A DNA stretch of 58,131 nucleotides from Candidatus Omnitrophota bacterium (GTDB taxonomy: Bacteria; Omnitrophota; Gorgyraeia; Zapsychrales; Fredricksoniimonadaceae), in the NCBI GenBank assembly GCA_963828495.1, contig CAWHFJ010000025.1, positions 1 through 58,131 on the forward strand. The letters are read 5' to 3'. Below, one piece after another: positions 18,723 through 28,497 of the stretch. The notes beneath the pieces were generated by a model, which made no database searches, had not been told where the DNA came from, and worked only from the letters and a program-made list of their open reading frames with translations. The position numbers and the translations under genes were made by a program. Position 1 is the first letter of the stretch. Every line of letters starts with the position of its first letter.

Positions 18723-19736
18723 ATGAAGCGTTTCCCTCATTTAAAGAAAGCGGCCCTTGATATGGGAAAACAGGTGAAAAGGAACAACGAGTTAGAACTT
18801 TTATTTAAAGAATTAAACGAAAATCCTTACAGGCTGCTGAATTTTTCTTTTCTTCTGATTAGCATCATCCCGGTCCTCTCCCTTACCTATGTCCTTATTG
18901 ATAAAATCACCAGTGCCAAGCATAGTTCCAATAATGCGATGTACATCTTGTTTTTCGCCGGGGTCATTCTTATTTTGGGGTATATTGTGGCGTATAATGT
19001 CATCAGGAATATTGTTAACAAAACGCTGGTGTACGCCGCCAAGGCCAAACGGGCGGATGAACTTAAATCGGCCTTTGCCATCTCTCTGGCGCATGACCTG
19101 AAAAGTCCGCTGATGACAGTTAAAGCCAATATAGCCAATCTCAAAGCAGGGTTTCTGGGGAAACTTGACCTTCCCCAAGAGGAAGTCATTGATGTCTGCA
19201 AAGAGACCGCAGATCGGATGAACACGATGATCATGGAGCTTATCGACACGTATATGATCGAGGCGCGGGAAGCCGAACTTAAAATGACCTCTTTTGACCT
19301 GCGGGAGCTTTTTGAAGAACAAGAGCGGGAGATGGTCGGTGTGGCTTCAACAAAAAATATTACCATGAAGCTGGAACTTCCTCCCAAGCCCCTGATCGTC
19401 CATGCGGACAAAGAAAAGATGCTGCGGGCCGTGAATAACCTTTTCAACAATTCCATTAAGCATTCTTTTGAAAGGGGGGCAGTCACCGTTAAAGCATATT
19501 GTACGGATGGGTTTGTGCGGATAGAATTCTTAAATGACGGCCCTACTATTCCCGAAGACAGGCTGGAAAAGATCTTTGATAAATTCGAACGCTTGGATAA
19601 AAATGTTGAAGGTCATGGGCTTGGCCTGTCCATAGCTAAAGATATCGTGGAACTTCATCAAGGGAAGATTTGGGCCACCAGCCGTGCCGGTTTCCCCAAT
19701 TATTTTATTGTCGTATTGCCTTTAAGGAAGGAGTAG
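18723..19736 (+). CDS. sensor histidine kinase (TM, HisKA, HATPase_c)
   Basis: H-box FAISLAHDLKSPL, N-box NNLFNNSIKHS, G-boxes GHGLGLSIAKDIVELHQG. Confidence 0.85.
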   Translation: MKRFPHLKKAALDMGKQVKRNNELELLFKELNENPYRLLNFSFLLISIIPVLSLTYVLIDKITSAKHSSNNAMYILFFAGVILILGYIVAYNVIRNIVNKTLVYAAKAKRADELKSAFAISLAHDLKSPLMTVKANIANLKAGFLGKLDLPQEEVIDVCKETADRMNTMIMELIDTYMIEAREAELKMTSFDLRELFEEQEREMVGVASTKNITMKLELPPKPLIVHADKEKMLRAVNNLFNNSIKHSFERGAVTVKAYCTDGFVRIEFLNDGPTIPEDRLEKIFDKFERLDKNVEGHGLGLSIAKDIVELHQGKIWATSRAGFPNYFIVVLPLRKE

Positions 19737-19741
19737 AAATT

Positions 19742-20119
19742 TTGGAAGATCAACCATCAAAAAAAATACTTATTGTCGATGATGACCAGGCCTTTAACAA
19801 GGCGCTGGCAACGTTTCTGACCGGGCACGGATTTACGGTGTTTATGGCCCAGGACGCAACATTCGCCATACAACACGTTGTCCAAGAGAGGATAGACCTT
19901 GTTATCCTTGATATGGGCCTGCCTTCCGGCGGAGGCTTTTTTGTGCTGGAAAATATTCGTAAAAACCGGAAAATCAGGCAAATGCCCATTATTGTATTAA
20001 CAGCCAATATTTCTGCCGATACTGAAAAGAAATCCCGGGAATTAGGCGCGGATGTTTTTATCCTCAAACCCTACGATCTCGAAAAACTGCTGGAGAGCAT
20101 AAAAGCCCATCTGAAGTGA
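19742..20119 (+). CDS. single-domain response regulator
   Basis: KILIVDDD...LVILDMGLPSGGG...VLTA...ILKPYD. An in-frame TTG at 19742 follows aggaaggag. Confidence 0.8.
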   Translation: MEDQPSKKILIVDDDQAFNKALATFLTGHGFTVFMAQDATFAIQHVVQERIDLVILDMGLPSGGGFFVLENIRKNRKIRQMPIIVLTANISADTEKKSRELGADVFILKPYDLEKLLESIKAHLK

Positions 20120-20142
20120 ATTATGGCTCTTCAGACCATTAA

Positions 20143-20658
20143 ATGGTGAAATCAATGCTGAAGAACTGTTTATGGACAGTCGTCGTATTATTTTTGGTAT
20201 TCTCTAAAACGTGTTGGGGGGATGGCAGTTCTCAGACAGGTAATTTCAGTCAGTACGTTAATTCGCCTAAAGGTTCTGCGTGGGGCCCGGGTAATAAAAA
20301 TATTAATCCAATCCATGTCATAAAGGACAATTCAGTGAAGGCGGATTCAGTTCAGGAAGATTCTCAACAGGGATGGCAAGGGATTTCTACGCACTGGCAA
20401 GCTTGTAGTATAACCAGTGATTGTACGGCTGTAGTCGTTGATTGCGCATCGTGGGAGCCACTCAACAAGAGGTATTTAAACAGGATTGCTAAAAGCATGA
20501 ATTCTTGTTCAGCATCCATTGATCCCGGATTCCAACCGGAAACGGTTTGCGTTCATAAGGCCTGTAAAATTACAGAGAAGACCACACATGTTTCATGGCA
20601 AGAATGGTTAAGCCAAATGCGCAAGACAAGAGAGTCGTTGGAGAAAGGGAAAATATGA
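20143..20658 (+). CDS. secreted Cys-containing hypothetical protein
   Basis: Signal peptide LWTVVVLFLVFSKTCWG. No known motif. Confidence 0.45.
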   Translation: MVKSMLKNCLWTVVVLFLVFSKTCWGDGSSQTGNFSQYVNSPKGSAWGPGNKNINPIHVIKDNSVKADSVQEDSQQGWQGISTHWQACSITSDCTAVVVDCASWEPLNKRYLNRIAKSMNSCSASIDPGFQPETVCVHKACKITEKTTHVSWQEWLSQMRKTRESLEKGKI

Positions 20659-21929
20659 ATTATAAAATTATTGTACTGGATTTCGTCAACGCCTTTTTGG
20701 TTAAGCTCAAAGATGGTTTTATTTTGATTGATACAGGCATGCCCCAGCACTGGGAAAGGCTAGAGGCCCAATTGACAGCCGAGGGATGCCTGCCTTCTCA
20801 ATTAAAGCTTGTGGTCATAACTCATGGAGATCGAGATCACCTCGGTAATTGTGCGCAGTTACAGGAAAAATATAAAGTTAAGATAGCCATGCATGAGGCC
20901 GATAGTTTGATGGCAGAAGGCGGCGTATTACTCAAGCGCAAAGCAAGGACATTGGCTGCCAAAATTCTCATGCTGCTTTTTAGGTTACGCAGACCAAAGG
21001 TAAGCGTACAGAAGTTTAAACCGGATATATTGTTAAGAGACGGACAGGATTTGAAGGCGTATGGATGGGACGCAAAAATTATTCATTTACCCGGACATAC
21101 CAAAGGCTCTATCGGTATTTTGACCGCAGAAGGCGACCTATTCGTCGGAGATACATTGGTTAATTATAAAAAGCCCGATAGGGCCATATTTGTTGATGAT
21201 CCTCAGGAACTTAAAAACAGTATTGAGAAATTAAGGACGTTGAAGATCAACAAGGTGTATCCCGGTCACGGTAAAATATTTTCATTCTCTGATTTTGTTT
21301 GTTTACTCGCCATAATTTTGTTGATCAGTCCAGGAATTATCTGGGCCCAACAGATCAAGCCCATTCAGTTATTAGCGCCGCAAACACAAGGCGGTAAACC
21401 GCTCATGCAAGCGTTAAAGGATAGAAAGAGCACGCGCGCATTTAGCTCTAAGGAGTTGTCTTTACAGGTCATTTCAGATATGCTTTGGGCCGCCTTCGGC
21501 ATCAATCGGCCTGATTCAGGGCAACGGACAGCACCCAGCGCCATGAATCTGCAGGAAATTGATATTTATGTTGCCAAGACGGATGGTTTATACCTTTTTG
21601 ATGCTAAAGCCAATATTTTAACTCCGGTTGTAGCCAAAGATTTAAGGTATTTAACGGGCAATCAACCGTTTGTGAGTGATGCCCCTATAAATCTTATTTA
21701 TGTAGCCGATCTATCAAAAATGAATGAATTGTCCGCAACAGACGCAGATTTTTATGCCGCCGCGGATACAGGGTTTATTAGCGAGAATGTCTATTTATTT
21801 TGCGCTTCCGGCGGATTAGCCACTGTTGTACGTGGTTCGATGGATAAGCCGGCTTTGGCCCATGCGATGCAATTAAGAGACAATCAGAAGATCATCCTTG
21901 CCCAGACAATAGGATACCCTCATGAATAA
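20655..21929 (+). CDS. MBL-fold metallo-hydrolase fused through a hydrophobic segment to a nitroreductase-family domain
   Basis: N-terminal half: ILIDTGMP...VITHGDRDHLGN...HLPGHTKGS...PGHG. Then FVCLLAIILLISPGIIWAQ. C-terminal half: LMQALKDRKSTRAFSSKELS...TAPSAMNLQEIDIYV... Confidence 0.7.
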   Translation: MNYKIIVLDFVNAFLVKLKDGFILIDTGMPQHWERLEAQLTAEGCLPSQLKLVVITHGDRDHLGNCAQLQEKYKVKIAMHEADSLMAEGGVLLKRKARTLAAKILMLLFRLRRPKVSVQKFKPDILLRDGQDLKAYGWDAKIIHLPGHTKGSIGILTAEGDLFVGDTLVNYKKPDRAIFVDDPQELKNSIEKLRTLKINKVYPGHGKIFSFSDFVCLLAIILLISPGIIWAQQIKPIQLLAPQTQGGKPLMQALKDRKSTRAFSSKELSLQVISDMLWAAFGINRPDSGQRTAPSAMNLQEIDIYVAKTDGLYLFDAKANILTPVVAKDLRYLTGNQPFVSDAPINLIYVADLSKMNELSATDADFYAAADTGFISENVYLFCASGGLATVVRGSMDKPALAHAMQLRDNQKIILAQTIGYPHE

Positions 21930-23646
21930 GGAGGGGGAGTCTTTTTATGTCAGGCCGCTTTCTATAATAAGCATTGCTTGTGTAGGCATTATTGTCTATG
22001 CCAACACCTTCCTTTGTCCCTTTCATTTTGATGATATGCCTTCCATAGTCGATAATCCTGCTATAAGGCATATGGGCAATCTGCAGGGCATTTGGAATTA
22101 TCTGCCTCGTCGGTTTATCCTCTATTTTTCCCTGGCCCTTAACTATCATTGGCATGGGCTTGATGTATTCGGGTACCATCTGTTTAATTTGAGCGTCCAT
22201 TTGGGGGCAGCTATTTTTGTTTGGTGGCTGACTCTTTTGACTTTCTCAAGTCCTGTGATGAAAAAGGAAAAGATCGCGCAACATGCCGAGACCCTTGCGT
22301 TATTGGCAGGGCTGGTGTTTGTAGCGCATCCCATTCAAACCGAAGCGGTCACCTATATCGTACAACGGGCCGCTGTGATGGCGGGTTTGTTTTATTTGGC
22401 ATCGTTGAGCCTTTACGTTAAATCCAGACTGCTTCAGGGGAAATTTTATTACATCGGCTCATTGATTGCGGCCATCGCGGCCATGTTGACTAAAGAGACA
22501 GCTATAACGCTGCCGTTGATGATGGTGCTTTATGAGTTTAGCTTTTTTAGAACGAAGAGAGGCATGAATTGGAGATACCTGGCTCCTTTTTTGTTGACTC
22601 TGTTGATTATTCCTTTAATCATGTTATTCACCGAGACCTCAGCCGCGAGATGGCAACAGCTTTGCCGCGAACCGGGTATTTCATCGATGCATTATCTTCT
22701 GACACAATGCAGGGTCATGGTCACCTATATAAGGCTGAGCTTCTTTCCCTTTCATCAGAACCTGGATTATGATTATCCTGTTTATAAGAGTATCTTTGAA
22801 GTCCCTGTGTTGGTCAGTTTTTTATTTTTAGGGACGATCTTTTTTTTCGCCAAACGCCTGTTCTTAAAATATAGATTGGTTTCTTTTTCCATCTTTTGGT
22901 TTTTCCTGACCCTGTTACCTGAATCAAGTCTGTTGCCTATCAAAGATGTCATTTATGAACATAGACTTTATTTGCCGATGGTGGGTTATAGTATGTTCTT
23001 GGTCAGCGGCGTGTATTATTTATTAGGGAAGAATACGATCAAAATGGCGGTGATAGCCCTGACGGTGATGATCACGTACTATGCCGTTTTGACGCATCAA
23101 AGGAATGAAGTTTGGAAAGATGAGCTTACTTTATGGAATGATACAGTTAGCCGATCTCCGCATAAAGCAAGGCCGCATTACAACCGTGGCCATAGCTATG
23201 ACAAACAAAACAACTTCATTCAAGCGATCGCTGATTATAATAAAGCCATTGACATAGATCCTGACTATGCAGACGCCTACTACAACCGTGGCCTAATCTA
23301 CGCTAAACACAACAACTTCACGCAAGCGGTTTTGGACTTTACTAAAGCCATTGAAATAAAACCTAATTATGCAGGCGCGTATAACAACCGTGGTATTATT
23401 TACGCCCATCAAGGTCATTTGACTCAAGCCCTATCAGATTTTTCCCGAGCTATTGCCATCGATCCTAATGATGCTAAGGCCTATTGTAATCTTGGCAATA
23501 CCTATTACAACCAAGGCAACCTTACTCAAGCGGTTTTATATTATAATAAGGCCATTGACATAGACCCTACAGATATAGAGGCCCGTAATAATAGGGATAT
23601 CGTCTATAAACAGGCCCCTACCTTGCAAACATCATACTATAGATAA
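21922..23646 (+). CDS. TMTC-like polytopic membrane protein with C-terminal TPR repeats (putative protein O-mannosyl/glycosyl-transferase-like)
   Basis: N-terminal FHFDDMPSIVDNPAIR motif, about 10 TM segments, then 5-6 TPRs (AIADYNKAIDIDPDYADAYYNRGLIY...). Confidence 0.65.
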   Translation: MNKEGESFYVRPLSIISIACVGIIVYANTFLCPFHFDDMPSIVDNPAIRHMGNLQGIWNYLPRRFILYFSLALNYHWHGLDVFGYHLFNLSVHLGAAIFVWWLTLLTFSSPVMKKEKIAQHAETLALLAGLVFVAHPIQTEAVTYIVQRAAVMAGLFYLASLSLYVKSRLLQGKFYYIGSLIAAIAAMLTKETAITLPLMMVLYEFSFFRTKRGMNWRYLAPFLLTLLIIPLIMLFTETSAARWQQLCREPGISSMHYLLTQCRVMVTYIRLSFFPFHQNLDYDYPVYKSIFEVPVLVSFLFLGTIFFFAKRLFLKYRLVSFSIFWFFLTLLPESSLLPIKDVIYEHRLYLPMVGYSMFLVSGVYYLLGKNTIKMAVIALTVMITYYAVLTHQRNEVWKDELTLWNDTVSRSPHKARPHYNRGHSYDKQNNFIQAIADYNKAIDIDPDYADAYYNRGLIYAKHNNFTQAVLDFTKAIEIKPNYAGAYNNRGIIYAHQGHLTQALSDFSRAIAIDPNDAKAYCNLGNTYYNQGNLTQAVLYYNKAIDIDPTDIEARNNRDIVYKQAPTLQTSYYR

Positions 23647-23968
23647 GCAGACCAAGGACAATCGAAGTAATAAGACAGTAGAGGGTGTCTTTTTGTTTGG
23701 CATAAAAACTAAGGGCAAAAAGGACTCTCATCACAGGCGTGGCTATTAAGCATAATAAGCCTAATTGGATGATGCCGCGGCTATGAAAAGACAGGGCAGA
23801 CTTGAGGATTCCGTAGATGTCTTTTAAATTCTCCGGCTCTCCTTTAAACGTAGCATATCCTGACCAAGCGGCCCCGTAGTGGTATAAATACAATATCCCT
23901 CCCGACAAAACCAGCCCGGCGGAGACAATCACACCAACTCTCAAGACACGACCTAGCCATCGTTCCAT
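23618..23968 (-). CDS. DUF1634 membrane protein
   Basis: About 116 aa with 3-4 TM segments, directly downstream of a TauE gene, which is the usual pairing (from memory). Confidence 0.55.
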   Translation of the reverse strand: MERWLGRVLRVGVIVSAGLVLSGGILYLYHYGAAWSGYATFKGEPENLKDIYGILKSALSFHSRGIIQLGLLCLIATPVMRVLFALSFYAKQKDTLYCLITSIVLGLLIYSMMFAR

Positions 23969-24802
23969 TTAAAATTTCCCCTTGAATCCGTTGAAGATCA
24001 TTTCACCCGCTAAAATTAAAATAACGACACTAAACAGTATTCTTAATGTTTGAGTTTTTGATTTCATAAGCCAATGAGTCCCTGCCGTGGCCCCTAACAA
24101 AACACCTAACATCACGGGCATGGCCAAGACCGGATCGATATAGCCGCGGTTTAGATAAATGCCTGCACTGGCGGCAGCGGTCACGCCGATCATAAAATTA
24201 CTCGTTGTGGTTGAAACCTTAAAAGGCATTTTCATGATTCTGTCCATGGCAATGACTTTGAGTGCTCCGGAACCGATGCCTAATAAACCGGACAGCGCAC
24301 CGGCCAGTAGCATCACCAAGAACCCTCCGGGAATGTTGTGGACATGATATTGACGTAGTCCGCCGGATGTCGGATAGGTTGAATCCATATTTAATAGGTG
24401 TGCTAAACGGTCCGTTTTAGATGCAATGACCTCTTTAGGATTTTTCCAAGAGCTGTAGGCTGATTGGAGAAGGACAAAACCAAAGATTAGGACAATAGTG
24501 CGGGGGCTAAGGATCAAGGCTAAAAACGCTCCTGACAACGCCCCAATGGTGGTGGCGATCTCCAGAAACATGCCGACGCGCAGATTGGAATAGCCTTCTT
24601 TGATATAGGTTGCAGCTGCGCTCGAAGAGGTGGCGATGATAGATATTAAGGAGGCACCGATAGCGTAGCGGATATCCATACCAAAAGTGAGGGTCAGGAG
24701 TGGCACGATAACAACGCCGCCGCCTAACCCTGTCAGCGCTCCGATCAATCCGGCTAAGATGGAACCTAATCCGATCAAGAGGGTGGATTCAATGGTGTTC
24801 AT
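23969..24802 (-). CDS. TauE/SafE family sulfite/anion exporter
   Basis: Internally duplicated 4-TM halves with GLIGALTGLGGGVVIVP and SGLLGIGSGALKV motifs. Confidence 0.8.
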   Translation of the reverse strand: MNTIESTLLIGLGSILAGLIGALTGLGGGVVIVPLLTLTFGMDIRYAIGASLISIIATSSSAAATYIKEGYSNLRVGMFLEIATTIGALSGAFLALILSPRTIVLIFGFVLLQSAYSSWKNPKEVIASKTDRLAHLLNMDSTYPTSGGLRQYHVHNIPGGFLVMLLAGALSGLLGIGSGALKVIAMDRIMKMPFKVSTTTSNFMIGVTAAASAGIYLNRGYIDPVLAMPVMLGVLLGATAGTHWLMKSKTQTLRILFSVVILILAGEMIFNGFKGKF

Positions 24803-24900
24803 AACATTTTTATTATAACACGTGGGATATTCTTAGCAATTTTTTGGATTTCATTTAGAATATATTGTCGGAATTTTAGAACATGAGGGAGGGCTTTGTT

Positions 24901-25332
24901 ATGAAATTACTGGCGAACTGGCAAATTTATGCTTTGGGGTCTGCGTTTTTCGCGGGCTTGACCGTACTCTTTGGCAAAATAGGGGTGATGCATATTAATT
25001 CGAATTTAGCCACATTTATTCGGACCATATGTATTATTACAATGACTGCAGGCATTCTGTGCTGGCGTAATGAATGGCAGATGCCTCAAACTATTGATAT
25101 CAAGACGTGGACATTCCTTTTGCTTTCCGGTGTGGCTACGGGGCTTTCTTGGCTTTGTTATTACCGGGCCATTCAACTTGGGCCCATTTCAAAAGTAGCA
25201 CCAGTGGATAAGTTAAGTGTCGCTCTCGCGATTATTTTTGGGATCATCTTTTTGGGGGAGAAGGTTACCTGGCAGGTCCTTTTAGGCAGCGGATTAGTCA
25301 TTATCGGGGCCGTTGTTATTCTTTCGATATGA
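24901..25332 (+). CDS. EamA-like (DMT superfamily) small transporter
   Basis: About 143 aa with 4-5 TM segments, a single EamA repeat (YALGSAFFAGL...YYRAIQLGPISKVAPVDKLS). Confidence 0.65.
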   Translation: MKLLANWQIYALGSAFFAGLTVLFGKIGVMHINSNLATFIRTICIITMTAGILCWRNEWQMPQTIDIKTWTFLLLSGVATGLSWLCYYRAIQLGPISKVAPVDKLSVALAIIFGIIFLGEKVTWQVLLGSGLVIIGAVVILSI

Positions 25333-25357
25333 ATCAAGCTATTCAGGGGGTTTTGTG

Positions 25358-25414
25358 TTGACAGGGGTAATCCTTTAGATAGAATACTTAGATTACTCAA
25401 TTAGTATTATTGAG
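25358..25414 (+). promoter_or_regulatory. promoter candidate plus palindromic operator-like site upstream of the radical SAM gene
   Basis: TTGACA (25358-25363), 16-nt spacer, TAGAAT (25380-25385). Then ctcaa-N9-ttgag (25396-25414). Confidence 0.45.
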
Positions 25415-25448
25415 ATAATAAGACCGATATAATACATAGGGGGAAGAG

Positions 25449-26915
25449 ATGAAAGTTCTTTTTTTGACACCCAAATTGGGCTCATGGGCAACACACGGTC
25501 ACCATGTGGCTCCTAATCAAATGCATGCCCAATGGGCAGCGTATGCCCGCCAGCAGGGGACCATTCAGCCGGAAGTCTTGGATTGTAAGGTGCTGGAGAT
25601 CCCTTTTGATGCGATGCTCGATTCCGTCAAAGCGAAAAATCCCGAGGTGGTTGTTTTAGGCGATGTGTTGCATTCGTACGGCGGGTTTGCGGTGCAGAAA
25701 TATTTTGATGATACGGCTTGTGCGGTCAAAAAAATTCTTCCCAAAACAAAAATTGTGGTCGGAGGTTTGTGGTATTCCTTTTTCGGCAAGGAAACGCTGG
25801 AAAAGAATCCGGCGATTGATTTCGTGGTGATGGGAGAAGGCGAACTGACCTTCAATGATTTAATGGACGCGTTAAATAAAGGGAAGACAGATTTTACCGA
25901 TATCGCAGGGCTTTCATCGCGTAAAAATGGGGCGGCTGTTTTTGGGCCTATACGTCCGCTCATCAAGGATTTGGACATGCTTCCTTTACCTGCCTATGAC
26001 CTTTTCCCTATGGATAAATATGTAGGACATACTTATTGGAAGCCGTTTGTTGAGATCGTCACTTCCCGCGGGTGCACGCATGGCTGTACTTTTTGCTATG
26101 AGTGGAGTGAGCACGACCCCAGGTCGCTTAACCATTTTAACCGATGGCGCGCCAAATCAGCCCAAAAAGTTGTTGATGAAGTGGAATTATTGGAAAAGAA
26201 ATTCGGCACTAAAGTCATGGTTATTCAGGAAGATAATTTTAATTTGAACCCCAAGCGTGTCAGAGAATTTTGCGAAGAGAAAATCAAGCGTGGCCTTAAA
26301 ATGAAATGGGTGAGTTTAGGCTGTGCCAGCGATTGGGTCAAACTGGAGGCGGACATTCCGCTGATGAAGAAGGCGGGCATGTTTATGGCTGTTTTCGGGA
26401 TTGAAGTGGCCAGCGACGATGAATTGCGTAAATTAGAAAAAGGCATCACCGTCAATCAAATATTCAAGACCATTGAAATACTCAGGAGCAACGATATTGC
26501 CATTGTCGGGGACATCATGATTGGTTTTGATTATGATAATGAAGAAATCATTAAGAGGCGTTTTGATTTCGCCGACCAGGTTGATCCTGATGTGATGTGG
26601 GTCGGGTATTTGACGCCGCCTCCGGGGTCGCCTATTTGGGCGGATGGGATCAAACGCGGATGGATACATCCGGATCAGATCGATATGCTCAAATGGGATT
26701 TTCTTCATCCGGTCATTCCCACCGACCATTTGACCATTGAAGATTTAGGGCGGCTGGGTGCTTGGGGTATGAGGGAATTTTATTCCAAACCCGGACGTAT
26801 CCAGCGCATTTTAGAGAGCAATTTTGATGAGTTGGGTAAATTATGCTTTAAAGATGTCATGGCCGGCGTAGGCAAATGGGAAGCGGGTGCTGTAAAGGGA
26901 GAGAAACACATTTAG
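25449..26915 (+). CDS. B12-binding-domain radical SAM enzyme
   Basis: N-terminal Rossmann-like B12 domain (MKVLFLTP...EVVVLGDV). CxxxCxxC cluster SRGCTHGCTFCYE. Confidence 0.85.
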   Translation: MKVLFLTPKLGSWATHGHHVAPNQMHAQWAAYARQQGTIQPEVLDCKVLEIPFDAMLDSVKAKNPEVVVLGDVLHSYGGFAVQKYFDDTACAVKKILPKTKIVVGGLWYSFFGKETLEKNPAIDFVVMGEGELTFNDLMDALNKGKTDFTDIAGLSSRKNGAAVFGPIRPLIKDLDMLPLPAYDLFPMDKYVGHTYWKPFVEIVTSRGCTHGCTFCYEWSEHDPRSLNHFNRWRAKSAQKVVDEVELLEKKFGTKVMVIQEDNFNLNPKRVREFCEEKIKRGLKMKWVSLGCASDWVKLEADIPLMKKAGMFMAVFGIEVASDDELRKLEKGITVNQIFKTIEILRSNDIAIVGDIMIGFDYDNEEIIKRRFDFADQVDPDVMWVGYLTPPPGSPIWADGIKRGWIHPDQIDMLKWDFLHPVIPTDHLTIEDLGRLGAWGMREFYSKPGRIQRILESNFDELGKLCFKDVMAGVGKWEAGAVKGEKHI

Positions 26916-26949
26916 TTAAACGGTTTAATGTTTTAATCGGGAGGTGTGT

Positions 26950-27270
26950 ATGGGAGCTAAATTAAGAATGATGGTCCTGAGTTTATGCATTGCAGGTGCG
27001 CTGACGTTGAGGGCAGATGCCCAACAGCCCCCTGCGCCAAGCACAGGGGCCCCTTCAGGCGGCCATTCTCAAGCCAACGGTCAAGCGCAACAATTAAGGC
27101 AGGAAATTCAGACATTACGCGGGCAAATCGAACCCTTGCGTACACAGCTTCAACAGGCCCTGGCCCAAGTGAAGGCATTAAGGGAACAAATACGTCCGCT
27201 TCAAGAAAAGATCAAAGCCGATCGTGAACAACTGCGGGCTTTGCGTGGAGAAAGAAAGCAAGGACAATAA
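26950..27270 (+). CDS. secreted Gln-rich coiled-coil protein, hypothetical (Spy/CpxP-like?)
   Basis: Signal peptide MMVLSLCIAGALTLRADA, then heptad-like repeats LRQEIQTLRGQIEPLRTQLQQALAQVKALREQIRPLQEKI. Confidence 0.5.
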   Translation: MGAKLRMMVLSLCIAGALTLRADAQQPPAPSTGAPSGGHSQANGQAQQLRQEIQTLRGQIEPLRTQLQQALAQVKALREQIRPLQEKIKADREQLRALRGERKQGQ

Positions 27271-27292
27271 ATTCTGAGGGTTTTTTCAAAAA

Positions 27293-27323
27293 CTCCGACG
27301 GTGCAAATCGTCGGAGTTTTTTT
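27293..27323 (+). terminator. rho-independent terminator
   Basis: ctccgacg (27293-27300) pairs with cgtcggag (27309-27316), followed by ttttttt. Confidence 0.8.
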
Positions 27324-27347
27324 GTCCCTTCGGTGTTTAGCCAGTGA

Positions 27348-27376
27348 TTGACATTCCTTCAAGGCGCCTTTATAAT
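27348..27376 (+). promoter_or_regulatory. perfect consensus sigma-70 promoter
   Basis: TTGACA (27348-27353), exactly 17 nt, TATAAT (27371-27376). About 30 nt upstream of hisC. Confidence 0.7.
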
Positions 27377-27407
27377 GCTCTGTCTTATTAAAATAAAATA
27401 GGGGACT

Positions 27408-28497
27408 ATGTATATGAAGGTGGCTAATCCGTATATTTTTAAAATTAAGCCTTATGTTTCGGGCAAGCCCATTGAAGAGGTCAAGCGCGAGCTTAGGCTT
27501 AAAAGTGTCATTAAGCTGGCTTCCAATGAGAACCCCTACCCGCCTTCGCCCAAGGTTTTGGCGGCAATGGCGGTGGCGGCTTACAATGTCAATCGTTATC
27601 CGGACGGCGGCTGTTTCTTGCTGCGCCGCGCATTGGCTAAAAAGTTGAACGTCAATGAAGATCAGCTGATTTTCGGTAATGGCTCGGATGAAATCATTGT
27701 TTTAGCGGTTAAAGCCTTTGCGGGACGAGGGGATGAGGTTATTATTGCCAAACCGTCATTTCTGATTTACGAAATTGCCTCGACGTTGTCCGGGGCCCGC
27801 TTGCATCAGGTGCCTCTTAAAGATTTTCGCTATGACCTTGAGGCCATGAAAGCCAAGGTCAACAAGCGCACTACGATGATATTTATCGGCAATCCCGATA
27901 ATCCGGCCGGAACATATATTACGGTGCGTGAAGCTGAAGGATTGTTGCAAAGCGTCCCTCAAAGCACCGTGGTATTTTTTGATGAGGCTTATTTTGAATT
28001 TGTGCGAGGAGTGCGATTATCCGGATACGTTAGCATTGATGAAAAAATACCCCAATGTGATTGTGACCCGTACGTTTTCCAAAGTTTACGGATTGGCGGG
28101 GTTACGTGTCGGTTATGGGGTGGCTCGTCGGGAAATCATGGATATTCTCAATCGTTTACGCGAGCCTTTTAATGTCAATAGTGTCGCCCAGGCCGCGGCC
28201 GTGGCGGCTTTATCGGATGAGCGCTATTACTTGGGCCTAGCCCGAGAAATCCAAGAGCAAAAGCAATATCTCTACCGCTCTTTGGACAAAATGGGAGTTG
28301 ATTACCGGGAAAGTTTCACAAATTTTATTTTAGTTCATGTTATCAAAGACAGCAGCCGGATAGCCCGGGCTTTGCTGAAAAAAGGCGTGATTGTCCGTGA
28401 CATGGCCGCGTGGAATTTAAAGGGATATATCCGCGTATCCATAGGCAAACCGTCGGAAAACAAGTATTTTATAAAAGCATTGGGAGAGATATTATGA
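27408..28497 (+). CDS. hisC: histidinol-phosphate aminotransferase, frameshifted as read
   Basis: KLASNENPYPPSP...GNGSDE...FFDEAYFEF, then in the +1 frame DYPDTLALMKKYPNVIVTRTFSKVYGLAGLRVGYG (PLP lysine motif). The frame change is near 27975-28010. Confidence 0.85.

Noticed and set aside
18813-19486. Two long minus-strand ORFs (169 and 199 aa)
   Set aside because: They are antisense to the well-supported histidine kinase at 18723-19736 and have no motifs.
26950-27270. Gln-rich small protein downstream of the B12-radical SAM gene as a RiPP precursor
   Set aside because: It has a classical cleavable signal peptide and a long coiled-coil region resembling periplasmic Spy/CpxP-type proteins. 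It has no Cys/Ser/Thr-rich core and no leader-recognition (RRE) or protease/transporter genes nearby.
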